The position numbers and the translations under genes are program-made. This document shows, piece after piece, positions 26,243 to 39,037 of a DNA stretch of 64,000 nucleotides; the stretch's first letter is position 1; each line of letters begins with the position of its first letter. This DNA comes from Octopus sinensis. Taxonomy: Eukaryota. The notes beneath the pieces are model-generated. The model searched no databases, was not told the origin of the DNA, and was given only the letters and a program-made list of their open reading frames with translations. Where the stretch lies: contig NC_043021.1 in NCBI RefSeq assembly GCF_006345805.1, forward strand, positions 4,526,001 to 4,590,000, read 5' to 3'.

Positions 26243-26778
26243 ATTAAGAGCACGTACATTTGAAGACAGTTATTTAGAATATAATGGTTCCTTCCACTTG
26301 GCAGCACAACAGAACATATTTCTACACATTCAGATGGAAATACAATAACGAAAATAAAAAAAAGAAAGAAAATAATAATAATAAATGAGAATTAAATAAA
26401 CATCTGTACGAAAATGAAATGTGCTCTAAACACCAACCAGCCAACCAACCAACCAGCCAGACAACCAGTCGTCTCTCCATATCACCATCTTACTTTCAAC
26501 TTCTAACCATTACTAACCGCTAATAAAACTGCACTTTTGTCTCTAACACTCTATCCGCTATCCTCAAATCCTAACTACTGTACACTTACCACTAAGCACT
26601 GACTATAAGGCAATTACTACTACACACTAACTACAATGCATTTGCCAATACATAATAAATACTGCCTTCTGACTACTATCCACATGTGAATACGGACAAA
26701 CTCCGATAACTAACCTCATTAAATATTGGACATTGAGTCAAATGTGAATGATTGAGTGATACAACAACAGCAACAACA

Positions 26779-27510
26779 GTGAAGGCGCCATGGACCAGTG
26801 GTTAGGGCAGCGGACTCGCGGTTTCGATTCCCAGACCGGGCGTTGTGTGTGTTTATTGAGCGAAAACACCTAAAAGCTCCACGACGCTCCGGCAGGGTGG
26901 AGGTGGCGACCCCTGTTGTACTCTTTCGCTCCAAATTTCTCTCACTCTTTCTTCCTGTTTCTTGTCCCCGACTTCCTACGCAACCACTGAGCCTGGATGC
27001 GCATTCATCCATCCGTCGATGCTCTCGGTGTCGGGGGTTGACCTGCTTTCTCTTCTGCAGGTCTTACGAATAGCAAAGGACCACGTTTCGGACTTCTCCC
27101 ATCTTGCGAGCTCTGGGACGAAGACCGTTCGCTCAACAGTAACAGCAGTGGAGACGCAATGGTCCAGTGGTTAGGGCAGCAGACTCGCGGTCGGAGGATC
27201 GCAGTTTCGATTCCCAGACCGGGCGTTGTGTGTGTTTATTGAGCAAAAACACCTAAAAGCTCCACGAGGCTCCGGCAGGGGGTGGTGGTGGAGAACCCTG
27301 TTGTACTCTTTCGCCACAACTCTCTCTCACTCTTTCTTCCTGTTTCTTGTCCCCGACTTCCTACGCAACCGCATTCATCCATCCGTCGATGCTCTCGGTG
27401 TCGGGGGTTGACCTGCTCTCTCTTCTGCGGGTCTTACGAATAGCAAAGGACCACGTTTCAGACTTCTCCCATCTTGCGAGCTAAGGGACGAAGACCGTTC
27501 GCTCAACAGC
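26779..27510 (+). mobile_element. Head-to-tail dimer of SINE family C, tail type 2
   Basis: Copies at 26779-27140 and 27149-27510 share the tail gtttcttgtccccgacttcctacgcaacc...gaagaccgttcgctcaacag. Confidence 0.9.
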
Positions 27511-27828
27511 ACCAACAACAATAATATACGCCACCGCCACCGCCAGCACCATCGCCACCACCACAAGGAAAAACAGCATTAACTGCTGCTCAAACTACAC
27601 CATTGCACAAAAGTATTTTAAACCGTTGAAGCCAAAAAATATCCCAAATAGTTCTATGTTGGTGTTAAAATACCATGTTTCCAGAGGTGAATTACCCTCT
27701 TTTTTTAAAAAAAAATCTTATCATTTCATTATATATAAAACCCCACATTTTGTCTGTCTTTGTATCGTCCCCACTCATCGTTCACCCTTGTGGCAAATAA
27801 ACGTTATTATTAATATTATTATTATTAT

Positions 27829-28160
27829 TGAGTGAGAGAGCAGTTCATGCCATCAAAGTGATACTGGGGTAAAATATACGAAGCCCAATATACCCATCAT
27901 GACTACCCGTCTGATAAGGGTACACTAGGCACATGCATCACAACCATATGTGCGCGACATGGTATCTCATATCAAGATAAACAGCACATGACCTTGCAGG
28001 TGGGGCCCAGTTAGAATTTTCTTCTGGTCGAGTAACCCATCCTACTCGAAAGGTCCCTGAATAAGGGTTGTTTAAGGATGTTGAACGAAACACCCATGTT
28101 TCCAGAGGTGAATTATTCAAACCCCAAAGAATCCCTCTCAACACACGGCTATGATGCTCC
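27829..28160 (-). mobile_element. Truncated copy of a TAA-flanked non-coding element
   Basis: Matches 28509-28840; ATT arrays on both sides. Confidence 0.85.
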
Positions 28161-28218
<58 letters not shown>

Positions 28219-28245
28219 GTTGTTATTATTATTTTTATTATTTTT

Positions 28246-28277
<32 letters not shown>

Positions 28278-28282
28278 TATTA

Positions 28283-28492
28283 TCAAGTAATCTTATCTTT
28301 ACCACGTGCTTTCACTGCACTACCGAGCACAGTTCTGTGTGCCTTGGGTTTGTGCCGTGCTTTGTTGTGATGCTGTTATTTTTACTGTATTGAAAGTGTT
28401 TAACGTAGGATGTGTGCTGTACTAGTACTGCTATTTTCTGTACTTTATATACACTTGTTTGTCCTGGTGTTTTTTAATAATTTGTCCGAATA
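28283..28492 (-). mobile_element. Short 3' end of the same R4/Dong-like family as 9538-9966
   Basis: Homologous to 9545-9760 (...QKIA...AHILR and 3' UTR gctcggtagtg.agtgaaagcac); TAA arrays on both sides. Confidence 0.85.
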
Positions 28493-28508
28493 TTATTATT
28501 ATTATTAT

Positions 28509-29066
28509 TGAGTGAGAGAGCAGTGCATGCCATCAAAGTGACACTGGGGTAAAATATACGAAGCCCAATATACCCATCATGACTACCCGTCTGATAAAGG
28601 TACACCAGGCACATGCATCACAACCATATGTGCGCGAAATGGTGATCTCATATCAAGATAAACAGCACATAACCTTGCAGGTGGGGCCCAGTTAGAATTT
28701 TCTTCAGGTTGAGTAGCCCATCCCGCTCAAACGGTCCCTGAATAAGGGTTGTTTAAGGATGTTGAAAGAACCACCCATGTTTCCAGAGGTGAACTATTCA
28801 AACCCCAAAGAATCCCTCTCAACACATGGCTATGATGCTCCCCCACTACTTCTGCTCGTGATCAGAGATGCACATATCGTCAGCCACTAAGGGACATGCT
28901 CAACTGGTAAAGGTCAAACAACTGACAAGCAAATCTGTGGTATTGAGCAGAATATTTGCTGTAGCCCATCTTTTATAACAAGACAAAACAATGTACATGA
29001 TAACACTTTCAATCAGTTAAGATCAGAAGCCATGAGAGCCACTGCCTGGTACTGCATCAGGGCATT
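28509..29066 (-). mobile_element. About 560-bp non-coding element inserted in TAA arrays (probable non-autonomous R4/Dong-mobilised element or 5' UTR relic)
   Basis: Two copies share one end (27829 and 28509); the shorter lacks the other end, as expected for 5' truncation on the minus strand; no ORF. Confidence 0.7.
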
Positions 29067-29068
29067 TA

Positions 29069-29103
<35 letters not shown>

Positions 29104-29126
29104 TATTTTATTATTATTTTAATTTA

Positions 29127-29178
<52 letters not shown>

Positions 29179-29219
29179 ATAATTATTATTATTATTATTA
29201 TTATTTATTATTATTATTA

Positions 29220-29252
<33 letters not shown>

Positions 29253-29289
29253 TATTATTATTATTATTATATTATTATTATTAAGGTAG

Positions 29290-29660
29290 CTAGTAAACAG
29301 AATCATTAGCGAAATGTACAAAGTGGTTGGTGACATTTCTTCCGGCTATTCATGTTCTGAGTTCAAATACCGTTGAGGTCGACTTTACTTTTTATCATTT
29401 CAAGTTCGATAAAATAAGTAACAGCTTAGTAATGTTGTCGATGCAATCGACGGAGCCATTCACCAAAATTTTCCGCAGCGAGCTTGCAAAATCGTTAATA
29501 AGTCAGATGAATTGCTTTGCGGTATCCCTTCCGGTTCGTTACTTCCTGATTTCAAATGCCAAATAGATGGCCTAAAGCAGGGTACGAGTCAAGTACTGAG
29601 ATCGATGTTATCAGCGAGCCCCTACTCTGAAAATTGACCCTTTGCGAAAGATAAATTATT
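29290..29660 (+). mobile_element. Older family B-related SINE fragments
   Basis: tgttctgagttcaaataccgttgaggtcgactttacttttt...; degenerate. Confidence 0.65.
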
Positions 29661-29678
29661 ATTAATAGTATTATTAAC

Positions 29679-30088
29679 AGGCGCAGGAGTGGCTGTGTGG
29701 TAAGTAGCTTGCTAACCAACCACATGGTTCCGGGTTCAGTCCCACTGCGTGGCATCTTGGGCAAGTGTCTTCTGCTATAGCCCCGGGCCGACCAATGCCT
29801 TGTGAGTGGATTTGGTAGACGGAAACTGAAAGAAGCCCGTCGTATATATGTATGTATGTGTGTGTGTATGTTTGTGTGTCTGTGTTTGTCCCCCTAGCAT
29901 TGCTTGACAACCGATGCTGGTGTGTTTACGTCCCCGTAACTTAGCGGTTCGGCAAAAGAGAACCGATAGAATAAATACTGGGCTTACAAAAGAATAAGTC
30001 CCGGGGTCGAGTTGCTTGACTAAAGGCGGTGCTCCAGCATGGCCGCAGTCAAATGACTGAAACAAATAAAAGAGTAAAGAGTAAAGAG
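29679..30088 (+). mobile_element. SINE family A copy, full length
   Basis: Consensus match. Confidence 0.93.
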
Positions 30089-30299
30089 TAGTATCAACGA
30101 TGCTATTAATTTTTTTTTTCACTTAAAATATACTGCTTTTCAACTTTTCAATGCAATAAGTGGTTGCTTCGTTGATGGAAATTATACAAAAGGAAATACA
30201 CGATAATCATTTACTAAGATATTAGAATACGGTAAAATTTTATAATCGAGGGAGGGTAACAATTGCTGTGTGTTTTGTTTTCAGAAAAAAATATACGTG

Positions 30300-30683
30300 G
30301 AAGCATTCCGTCGGTTACGACGATGAGGGTTCCGGTTGATCCGAATCAACGGAACAGCCTGCTCGTGAAATTAACGTATAAGTGGCTGAGCACTCCACAG
30401 ACACGTGTACCCTTAACGTAGTTCTCGGGGAGATTCAGCGTGACACAGAGAGTGACAAGGCCGGCCCCTTGAAATACAGGTACAACAGGAACAGGAAGTA
30501 AGAGTGAGAGAAAGTTGTGGTGAAAGAGTACAGCAGGGTTCACCACCATCCCCTGCCGGAGCCTCGTGGAGCTTTTAGGTGTTTTCGCTCAATAAACACT
30601 CACAACGCGCGGTCTGGGAATCGAAACCGCGATCCTATGACCGCGAGTCCGCTGTCCTAACCACTGGGCCATTGCGCCTCCAC
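30300..30683 (-). mobile_element. SINE family C, tail type 3
   Basis: Family C head at 30683-30540; distinct tail ...gtcactctctgtgtcacgctgaatctcccgagaactacg...gtcgtaaccgacgga. Confidence 0.88.
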
Positions 30684-32124
30684 AAAGAAAAAATATAATA
30701 TATTGTCTCACGGAACTATTGTACCTAAACATAAACACTTGATTGGAAAGGAAATCTACTTTTTGACATTAATCGAAATGTTTGTTGCGTGGAAGGCGTT
30801 TATAAGCCATTTAAGAAACACGCAAAACCCGTCAGATTCATTTCAACATTTAAATTTAATTTGTCAAAATATCTTCGTCGCTTTGAGACCGCGACCTGTT
30901 CACTGACAACATTCCCTGCTGCACGGAGGAATTACAACCGTGTTTCGTGGTCTGCTACCCCAACATCTCCTTTATAGGATCCAGTTAGCTCAAGACATCA
31001 TCAGGAGGAACCACGTCCGGTTTCGGCCCCTACTCCTCTACCGTTTTGACATGGCAGGCTCCCCCCCCACACCTTTCGGAGGTGTCTTCCGCTCTGGTGT
31101 TGGGTGCATGTCTTCTTTCTTCTTCTTTCTTCTGTTCCCTGGCCTCTTCGATGTATCGTCAGCGAGTGTCAGCCGGTGACTGTCAGTGAACATAATTGTT
31201 TTCGTTCCAGCACACGATCTCAGATCAGGTCACTTGCTATGCAATTACATCTCCGAAATGTTTGTTGATAAATATATATAAAAAAAAAATATCTGCAAGT
31301 TAATCACTGAACAACTTCGTACTTTACTGTTACACGCTTAAAACAGATGTTAAAATTCATCGCACAATGTTATTATCTATATAAATTAGAACGTGCCATT
31401 GAACTAGTTCGAGATACTTTCTTGAACGAACTTCGACCAGTTTCGTTAAATTAAATAGTGATAACAGGTTCAACCACATCAAAACGGTTTTCCGTTTTCA
31501 CTCAGCTGACGGTAGTTGGCAACTCTACACTGGGAAATTGTAAGGATTACAGAGAAGCTGTCAAATGGCCATATTTAGAACAATGAAGATGGTTATCAAC
31601 CTTTGAAACTCAAAGTTGAAGAATAAGTATATAAATATTCGCACTATTTTTACTTCACATGAATAAAAAAAGAGGTATGGCTTCAAAAAAGAAATTTGTT
31701 AATAATTTTGTGTGGTGGTTAATTTTTGTTACTTTAAGGATCGCTGGGCTAACGTAGATATTCGATAGTTTTTATTTCATGTATAACTATTGGATCTTTG
31801 GTTCTGCTTATTTTATGGCTTTAAAATCGATAAAACGTGGAACTCAGAGACACAGTTTAGAAAGTTTTAGCGTTAGCTTTTCATTTTATTATTCTGTCAT
31901 ATTTTATTGAGTTCTTTGTTCTTTATTCAAGATTGTCTTACATTGTTGCATATTTACTTTTCCAACATACATGATTATATATATAATATATATATATATT
32001 ATATATTATATATATATTATATTAATTGCTCGCTCTCTCTCTTTCTATGCTTCTCTCTCTCTATATATATAAATATGTACATACATACATACATATACCT
32101 AACTCTCTTATATATACATATATA

Positions 32125-32127
32125 TGA

Positions 32128-32158
<31 letters not shown>

Positions 32159-32238
32159 TGTATGTATGTATGTATGTATGTATGTATCTATCTATCTATC
32201 TATCTATCTATCAATCTATCAATCTTCTCTCTCCCTGC

Positions 32239-32282
<44 letters not shown>

Positions 32283-32383
32283 ATGGTATATTACATATGA
32301 ATACCTATCTGTCGATCGATTTATGAATATGTACACACACATACACACACACACAAACACACAGAGACACACACACGCACGTA

Positions 32384-32419
<36 letters not shown>

Positions 32420-32630
32420 TGTATATGTATGCATGTATGTTTGTATGTATGTATGTATGTATGCATGTATGTAGTATGTATGTATGTATGTATGCATGTA
32501 TGTATGTATGTATGTATGTATGTATGTATGTATGTATGTATGTATGTATGTATGTATGTATGCATGTATGTATGTATGTATGTATGTATGTATGTATGCA
32601 TGTATGTATGCATGCCAGTATATTTACGCA
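32125..32630. repeat. (TATG)n-dominated microsatellite complex
   Basis: Direct reading. Confidence 0.95.
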
Positions 32631-33023
32631 TATATGCACACAAATGTATATATAGCGAGTTAACTGGTGAACTATTTATTTCATGGTTCTCAAATCTCCT
32701 GCACTTTACAACGAACCTCGTTAACAAGCAAAGTAACCACCGCAACCGCCATTCATGACACACACGCCACCATTAAACAATAAAACCTCCTTCTCCCCCC
32801 CCCCCTCATAACCAGCACCTCTCACCCATCAATATTATGATGCGGAGAGAGACTAGTCTTGTCATGTGTCAGTTTAGCATATTATTTTTGACAGTTCAAA
32901 AATAATAGCAAATAATAAACCTTGTAGGTATATATATATATATTATATATATATATATATATAGGCATATATATATATTATATATATATCTATATTATAT
33001 ATATATATATAATATAATATATA

Positions 33024-33085
<62 letters not shown>

Positions 33086-33552
33086 CATGTTTGTATGCCT
33101 ATATATATTACGTGTATGTACACACACACACACACGCGTATCTAGTTTTGTAAACAACAAATGTATTTACATATATGTGTTTGTGTATGTATGTGGTTGT
33201 ATGCGTGTACGTGTGAGTGCTTGTTTATACCAATTACCTGTTCTATGCGTGACGTTGCTTTTGTTTTATATGTATATGCATACATACAGACACACAGACA
33301 ACACACACACATACACACATATATATGCATGTGTGTATATTGTATACGTTTATACATATGCATATATATGTACATATAGATGTAAATATATAAATATATA
33401 TACACATTGTACATATATTTGTTTATATATATATGTGCATGTGTATATATGTTTATATTTATATATATATAACCATATAAACCAATATATGTGTGTGTGT
33501 GCGTGCGTGTGTTTGCATATGTATATGCATATATACATACATACATTCGTAC

Positions 33553-33622
<70 letters not shown>

Positions 33623-34112
33623 GTATATATATGTATATATATATATGTATATATATATATTTGCATATATGTATATACATATGCATGTGTATATACATAC
33701 ATATGCTCGTAGAACTGCGAACATTGACTTGAGCCCCCCCCCCATCCTACTTGCACTCCAACTCTCTGACACTCGTAAACAGACACGTTTACAGAGAAAA
33801 ATGTTTGACTTAAGGTTAAACAGCAATAACCATCACAACAACATCAACAACAACAGCAACAACCACACTAAACTTCAGCCTTTTCTCTATCTCTTTGTTG
33901 TCGTCTTTTTAGTAGTTCAGCAGACGGTAACACAAATCTATAACTTCCGGTTTTATTAAGCAAACACAGAATCTAGCTCAGTTATGTCTGTGTATTTAAG
34001 TAAACTTGATATTTCGCACATTCATCCATCCATCTGCTCCTCCCACTATTGCTGGTTGTGCAGGTGGAGTCCTCAAACGCTTCTTCCATTGGGTTTTCCC
34101 AAAAGAAACCTT

Positions 34113-34386
34113 TACTCTTTTACTGTTTTACTTGTTTCAGTCATTTGACTGCGGCCATGCTGGAGCACCACCTTTAGTCGAGCAAGTCGACCCCAGGACT
34201 TATTCTTTGTAAGCCTAGTACTTATTCTATCGGTGTTTTTTTGCCGAACCGCTTAGTTACGGAGACATAAACACACCACCATCGGTTGTCGAGCGATGTT
34301 TGGGGGACAAACACAAACACATAAATACACACACATACATACACACACACATATATATATTTATATATATATATATATATATATAT

Positions 34387-34427
<41 letters not shown>

Positions 34428-34707
34428 AAAACGGTAAGATAACAAAAGAAAGAAAGAGACCTCAATATTATGTAAATAGAGGAAATTTATCTATACATAT
34501 GTTACATTACTCGGTAGTCAAGATAAAACTCTGAGTTTCAGATGCCGAAGTGGAAATCCACAACACCATCTCTTCGGTTATCTGGCTATTTGAAAACGTT
34601 TTCAAATAGCCAGATAACCGAAGAGATGGTGTTGTGGATTTCCACTTCGGCATCTGAAACTCAGAGTTTTATCTTGACTACCGAGTAATGTAACATATTG
34701 TAATATA

Positions 34708-34780
<73 letters not shown>

Positions 34781-34921
34781 CATATATACGACGGGCTTCT
34801 TTCAGTTTCCGTCTACCAAATCCACTCACAAGGGTTGGTCCAAGGTGCCACGCAGTGGGACTGAACCCGGAACCATGTGGTTGGTAAGCAAGCTACTTAC
34901 CACACAGCCACTCCTGCGCCT
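34113..34921 (-). mobile_element. SINE family A split at its internal (TA)n by a 275-bp insertion containing the 202-bp palindrome
   Basis: Tail 34113-34340, insertion 34426-34700, head 34786-34921. Confidence 0.85.
34497..34698. repeat. Perfect 202-bp palindrome with no spacer (centre 34597/34598)
   Basis: Checked base by base: both 101-bp arms are exact reverse complements around ...gaaaac|gttttc.... Confidence 0.97.
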
Positions 34922-35225
34922 ATTACATTTTCTTACTGGATTTCCAAATGTGACCAGAGGAGACTATGGACATTATTCAACCCTCCCGTTTTTGGTCTAC
35001 CCCATCTCTCCTGCAAGTTCACTCGGCTCGAAGAATCTATCCTTCCCGTGACATTTTAATCACATAGTTACAGTATTGGAATTGTGAGCCCTCAATAGAG
35101 CTTGACCTAGTGAAACTCTTTGATCTCCGAGTTGCGCACCTTATGGAGGTGCAGTACTCAACAGGGTTCAACCGTCATTACACTTTATTACTGGATTTCC
35201 AAGTCTGATCAACTGAGACTATGGA

Positions 35226-35460
35226 TACCTATTTCTTTACAACCCACAAGGGGCTAAACACACAGGGGACAAACAAGGACAGACAAACGGATTAAGTCGG
35301 TTACATCGACCCCAGTGCGTAACTGGTACTTAATTTATCGACCCCGAAAGGATGAAAGGCAAAGTTGACCTCGGCGGAATTTGAACTCAGAACGTAAAGA
35401 CAGACGAAATACCGCTAAGCATTTCGCCCGGCGTGCTAACGTTTCTGCCAGCTCGCCGCC
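35226..35460 (-). mobile_element. SINE family B, full length
   Basis: Consensus match. Confidence 0.92.
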
Positions 35461-35489
35461 TCCCGTGCTTTAATTGTTAAGAATTTAAT

Positions 35490-35560
35490 TGCCTTGAACG
35501 CGAATCGAATACCGGACGCCCGCGTGGTAGGTGAATATTCTGCAACTGAACCAGTGATGC
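35490..35560 (-). pseudogene. tRNA-Gly-derived pseudogene (anticodon drifted to ACC)
   Basis: gcatcactggttcagttgcagaatattcacctaccacgcgggcgtccggtattcgattcgcgttcaaggca (71 nt) aligns by eye to eukaryotic tRNA-Gly(GCC); the acceptor stem is broken. Confidence 0.75.
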
Positions 35561-36104
35561 TTCCAGCGAGGACTTTTAGTTTTTACTACAATATTGTTTT
35601 TCCTAGTTCCAACGGGTAAACATTAGCATAATCTTTCTTTTGTTTTCAGCGAGATATCAGCTTAAGAATTTGTAGTGAGTTATAAGTTTTATGATAAAAT
35701 CGGTTTATCTAGAAAAAACAAATTAAATCCCAAATGTTTGCAAATAAGTATGTATTAATTAAAAAAGAAAAAAATATCAGAGAACACAGTTTAAGCGCCA
35801 TTATAACATAAACAACCCACTTTTGTATTTTTTCCGAATAATTAAGACATATGTACCTTTATTCAGAAAATAAGTAGATTTTGTTAAAAATTCATATATT
35901 CACTATGACATAAGTAGATAAGTATTTATAAACGTAGTACTGGGACAGCGTTTTAATTAGTTCGCTATTTTAATTAAGACAAATTTGAACCACTGGGGTT
36001 CAGTCTCACTGCAGGGTATTTTGAGCAGGTGTATACTACTGTAACCTGGATCGACCAAAGTCTTGTCAGTGGATTTGGTTGATGACAACTGAAAGATCCT
36101 CGAG

Positions 36105-36136
<32 letters not shown>

Positions 36137-36525
36137 GGAGTGACTGTGTGGTAAGTAGCTTGTTTACCAACCACATGGTTCCGGGTTCAGTCCCACTGCG
36201 TGGCACCTTGGGCAAGTGCCTTCTACTACAGCCTCGGGCCGACCAAAGCCTTGTGAGTGGATTTGGTTGACGGAAACTGAAAGAAGCCCGTCGTATATTT
36301 GTATATATGTGCGTGTGTGTGTTTGTGTGTCTGTGTTTGTCCCTCTAGCATTGCTTGACAACCGATGCTGGTGTGTTTATGTCCCCGTTACCTAGCGGTT
36401 CGGCAAAAGAGACCGATAGAATAAGTACTAGGCTTACAAAAGAATAAGTCCCGGGGTCGAGTTGCTCGATTAAAGGCGGTGCTCCAGCATGGCCGCGGTC
36501 AAATGACTGAAACAAGTAAAGGAGT
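36137..36525 (+). mobile_element. SINE family A copy (preceded by an inverted degenerate head at about 35990-36090)
   Basis: Consensus match. Confidence 0.9.
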
Positions 36526-37462
36526 ATATATATATGTATATGTTTATATATGGCCCTCACCAACAGGTGATGGTTTGTTTATGTCTCCGTAACCTAGCAG
36601 TTCGGCAAAAAAATCGATAGAATAAGTACCAGACTTCTTTCTAAAAAAGGGGTCGATTTGTTCGATTACACTCTACAAGGCGGGGGCCACACTCTAATCA
36701 CAAAAACAAACAAAAGATAATAAACGAATCATCTGTTAAATCTCCTTTTCATAGTAAATTCGATTATAAGAGGTTTCACTGAGGACTATGAAACCCTGGA
36801 CATTGTAGGAATGATTAGAAGAAGAGACATCAAGAAAAAAAAACGTAGAGGTCGCTATGGGAGAGCTTTTTCAGTTTGTTCTTTTTATAATCGCTCCCTT
36901 ATTTACTGAACTTTTCTTAGCGTTAACATGCGATTCTCATGCTATAAAACTTTGAGCACAAGCACAGCAGTATTTAAGGTCAAATCTTGGACCTGAGCGA
37001 GTTTCGATTGGTTTTGTTTGAGATGTAATGAAGTGAATTTCGATGGTTGTGGATTACACTTACTTGGTTCTATCGTCCGTTAGAGTGTTTTTGTTGTTTT
37101 TAAAATTTTAATTTTAATTGGATCCATCCTTTCACACGGAATTTCGTCTATCTTTGAACCATGACCCCGAAGTGACTTATACTTAAGGGAGCTGTTATTG
37201 TGTATGTATATCAGAAAAATGTTTATAAGTCGAAACATTTTGTTGGCGTTTTATGATTTTTTTAAATAATTGTTTATGATATATAATATTATGTTATATT
37301 CATAGTATATCATGTAATATAATAATATAAATAAATCATTGGATTGTCAATAGTATCTCTCTATTTAATTCATCTTTGTAATTGCATTATACCCCCATTT
37401 ATATATTTATATGGTATTCAACTGACGTGCCAGTGAAGGATCTCCTTTCCTCAGTTTGTTAC

Positions 37463-37525
<63 letters not shown>

Positions 37526-37529
<4 letters not shown>

Positions 37530-37835
37530 AGGCACAATGGCCCAGTGGTTAGGGTAGCGGATTCGCGGTCGCAGAATCGCGGTTTCAATTCCCAGATAGG
37601 GCGTTGTGAGTGTTTATTGAGCGAAAACACCTAAAGCTCCACGAGGCTCTGGCAGGGGGTGGTGGCGATGCCTGCTGTACTCTTTCGCCACAACTTTCTC
37701 TTACTCTTTCTTCTGTTGGCCTGCTCGCTTAGCCAGCGGGGTGGCGTCATTTGAAGGCTAAAACAATGCGAAGCGCATTGTGACCAGCGATGTGTAGCAA
37801 CATCTGATAGCCTGGTCGGTCACAGTGATCACAAT
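37526..37835 (+). mobile_element. SINE family C, tail type 1
   Basis: Matches 21781-22080. Confidence 0.9.
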
Positions 37836-37836
37836 G

Positions 37837-37876
<40 letters not shown>

Positions 37877-38519
37877 GTATGTATATTTTTATCTGTGTGT
37901 TTGTCTGAGAGCATTTGAGACTGTCCTTGTTTGTTTACGTCGGAACATAGCTATTCGGCAAAAAGACCGACAGAATAAGTACCAAACTTGAGAAATAATG
38001 CACTGGGGACGATTTCTTCGAGTAAACCACTGAAGGCGAAGCCCCAGCGTGGCTGCTGTCCAATGACTTAAACAAATAAGAGATAAAAGATGAAGATTTA
38101 TTGGCAACAGTAATAGCATATCTTTCCAGAAATCGTTTCGATTACAATATCGAAGCGACAATTTCGGATATTCTTTACGAGTTTCTATTCTTAAAATTCT
38201 ACAAAGACCAAATTCCATATTGACAATCACCACCAACACAAATACTTGTCGATTCATTTTAGGAGAGGTTTTCTGCATTTCGGAGGAATTTATTCCACGA
38301 TAATTATCAGTCGTACTCCTTTATATCTGTTTATCACGGCAACCAATATTGCCAAGCTTATTGCCAATTTCGAAAGTAGTGAGTTAACTTTGGAATTTAG
38401 CTGTTCACTGGAAATCTAATTTCTTGAGATAATTTCACTATTGCTTCGACGATTGATGTGATATCTTTATCATCCACATATTCCGCAACCATACTGCTCG
38501 ATATGCAAGTCTTTTCTTT

Positions 38520-38736
38520 TTCTTTTGTTTGTTTCAGTCATTTGACTGCGGCCATGCTGGAGCACCGCCTTTAGTCGAGCAAATCGACCCCAGGACTTAT
38601 TCTATTGTAAGCCTAGTACTTATTCTATCGGTCTCTTTGGTCGAACCGCTAAGTTACGGGGACGTAAACACACCAGCATCGGTTGTCAAGCGATGTTGGG
38701 GGACAAACACAGACACACAAACATACATACATACAT

Positions 38737-38791
<55 letters not shown>

Positions 38792-38812
38792 CGATGGACT
38801 TCTTTCAGTTTC
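38520..38812 (-). mobile_element. SINE family A, head lost
   Basis: Tail and body match; breaks off into (TACA)n and the RLE fragment. Confidence 0.85.
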
Positions 38813-39037
38813 TGGGTTACATGCACTGGGTTACATTAACACTGAAAGTGATCTGACACAGCTACACACATACATACATACATACATACATACATACAAA
38901 CATACATACATACATACATATATACATGCATACATACATACATACATACATACATACATACATACATACATACATACATACATACATACATGCATGCATA
39001 CATACATACATACATACATACAATATACACACATACA

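Noticed and set aside
36772-36800. CTGAGGA-ctat-GAAA
   Set aside because: No stem II possible; the sequence is better explained as a ggtttca/tgaaacc hairpin.
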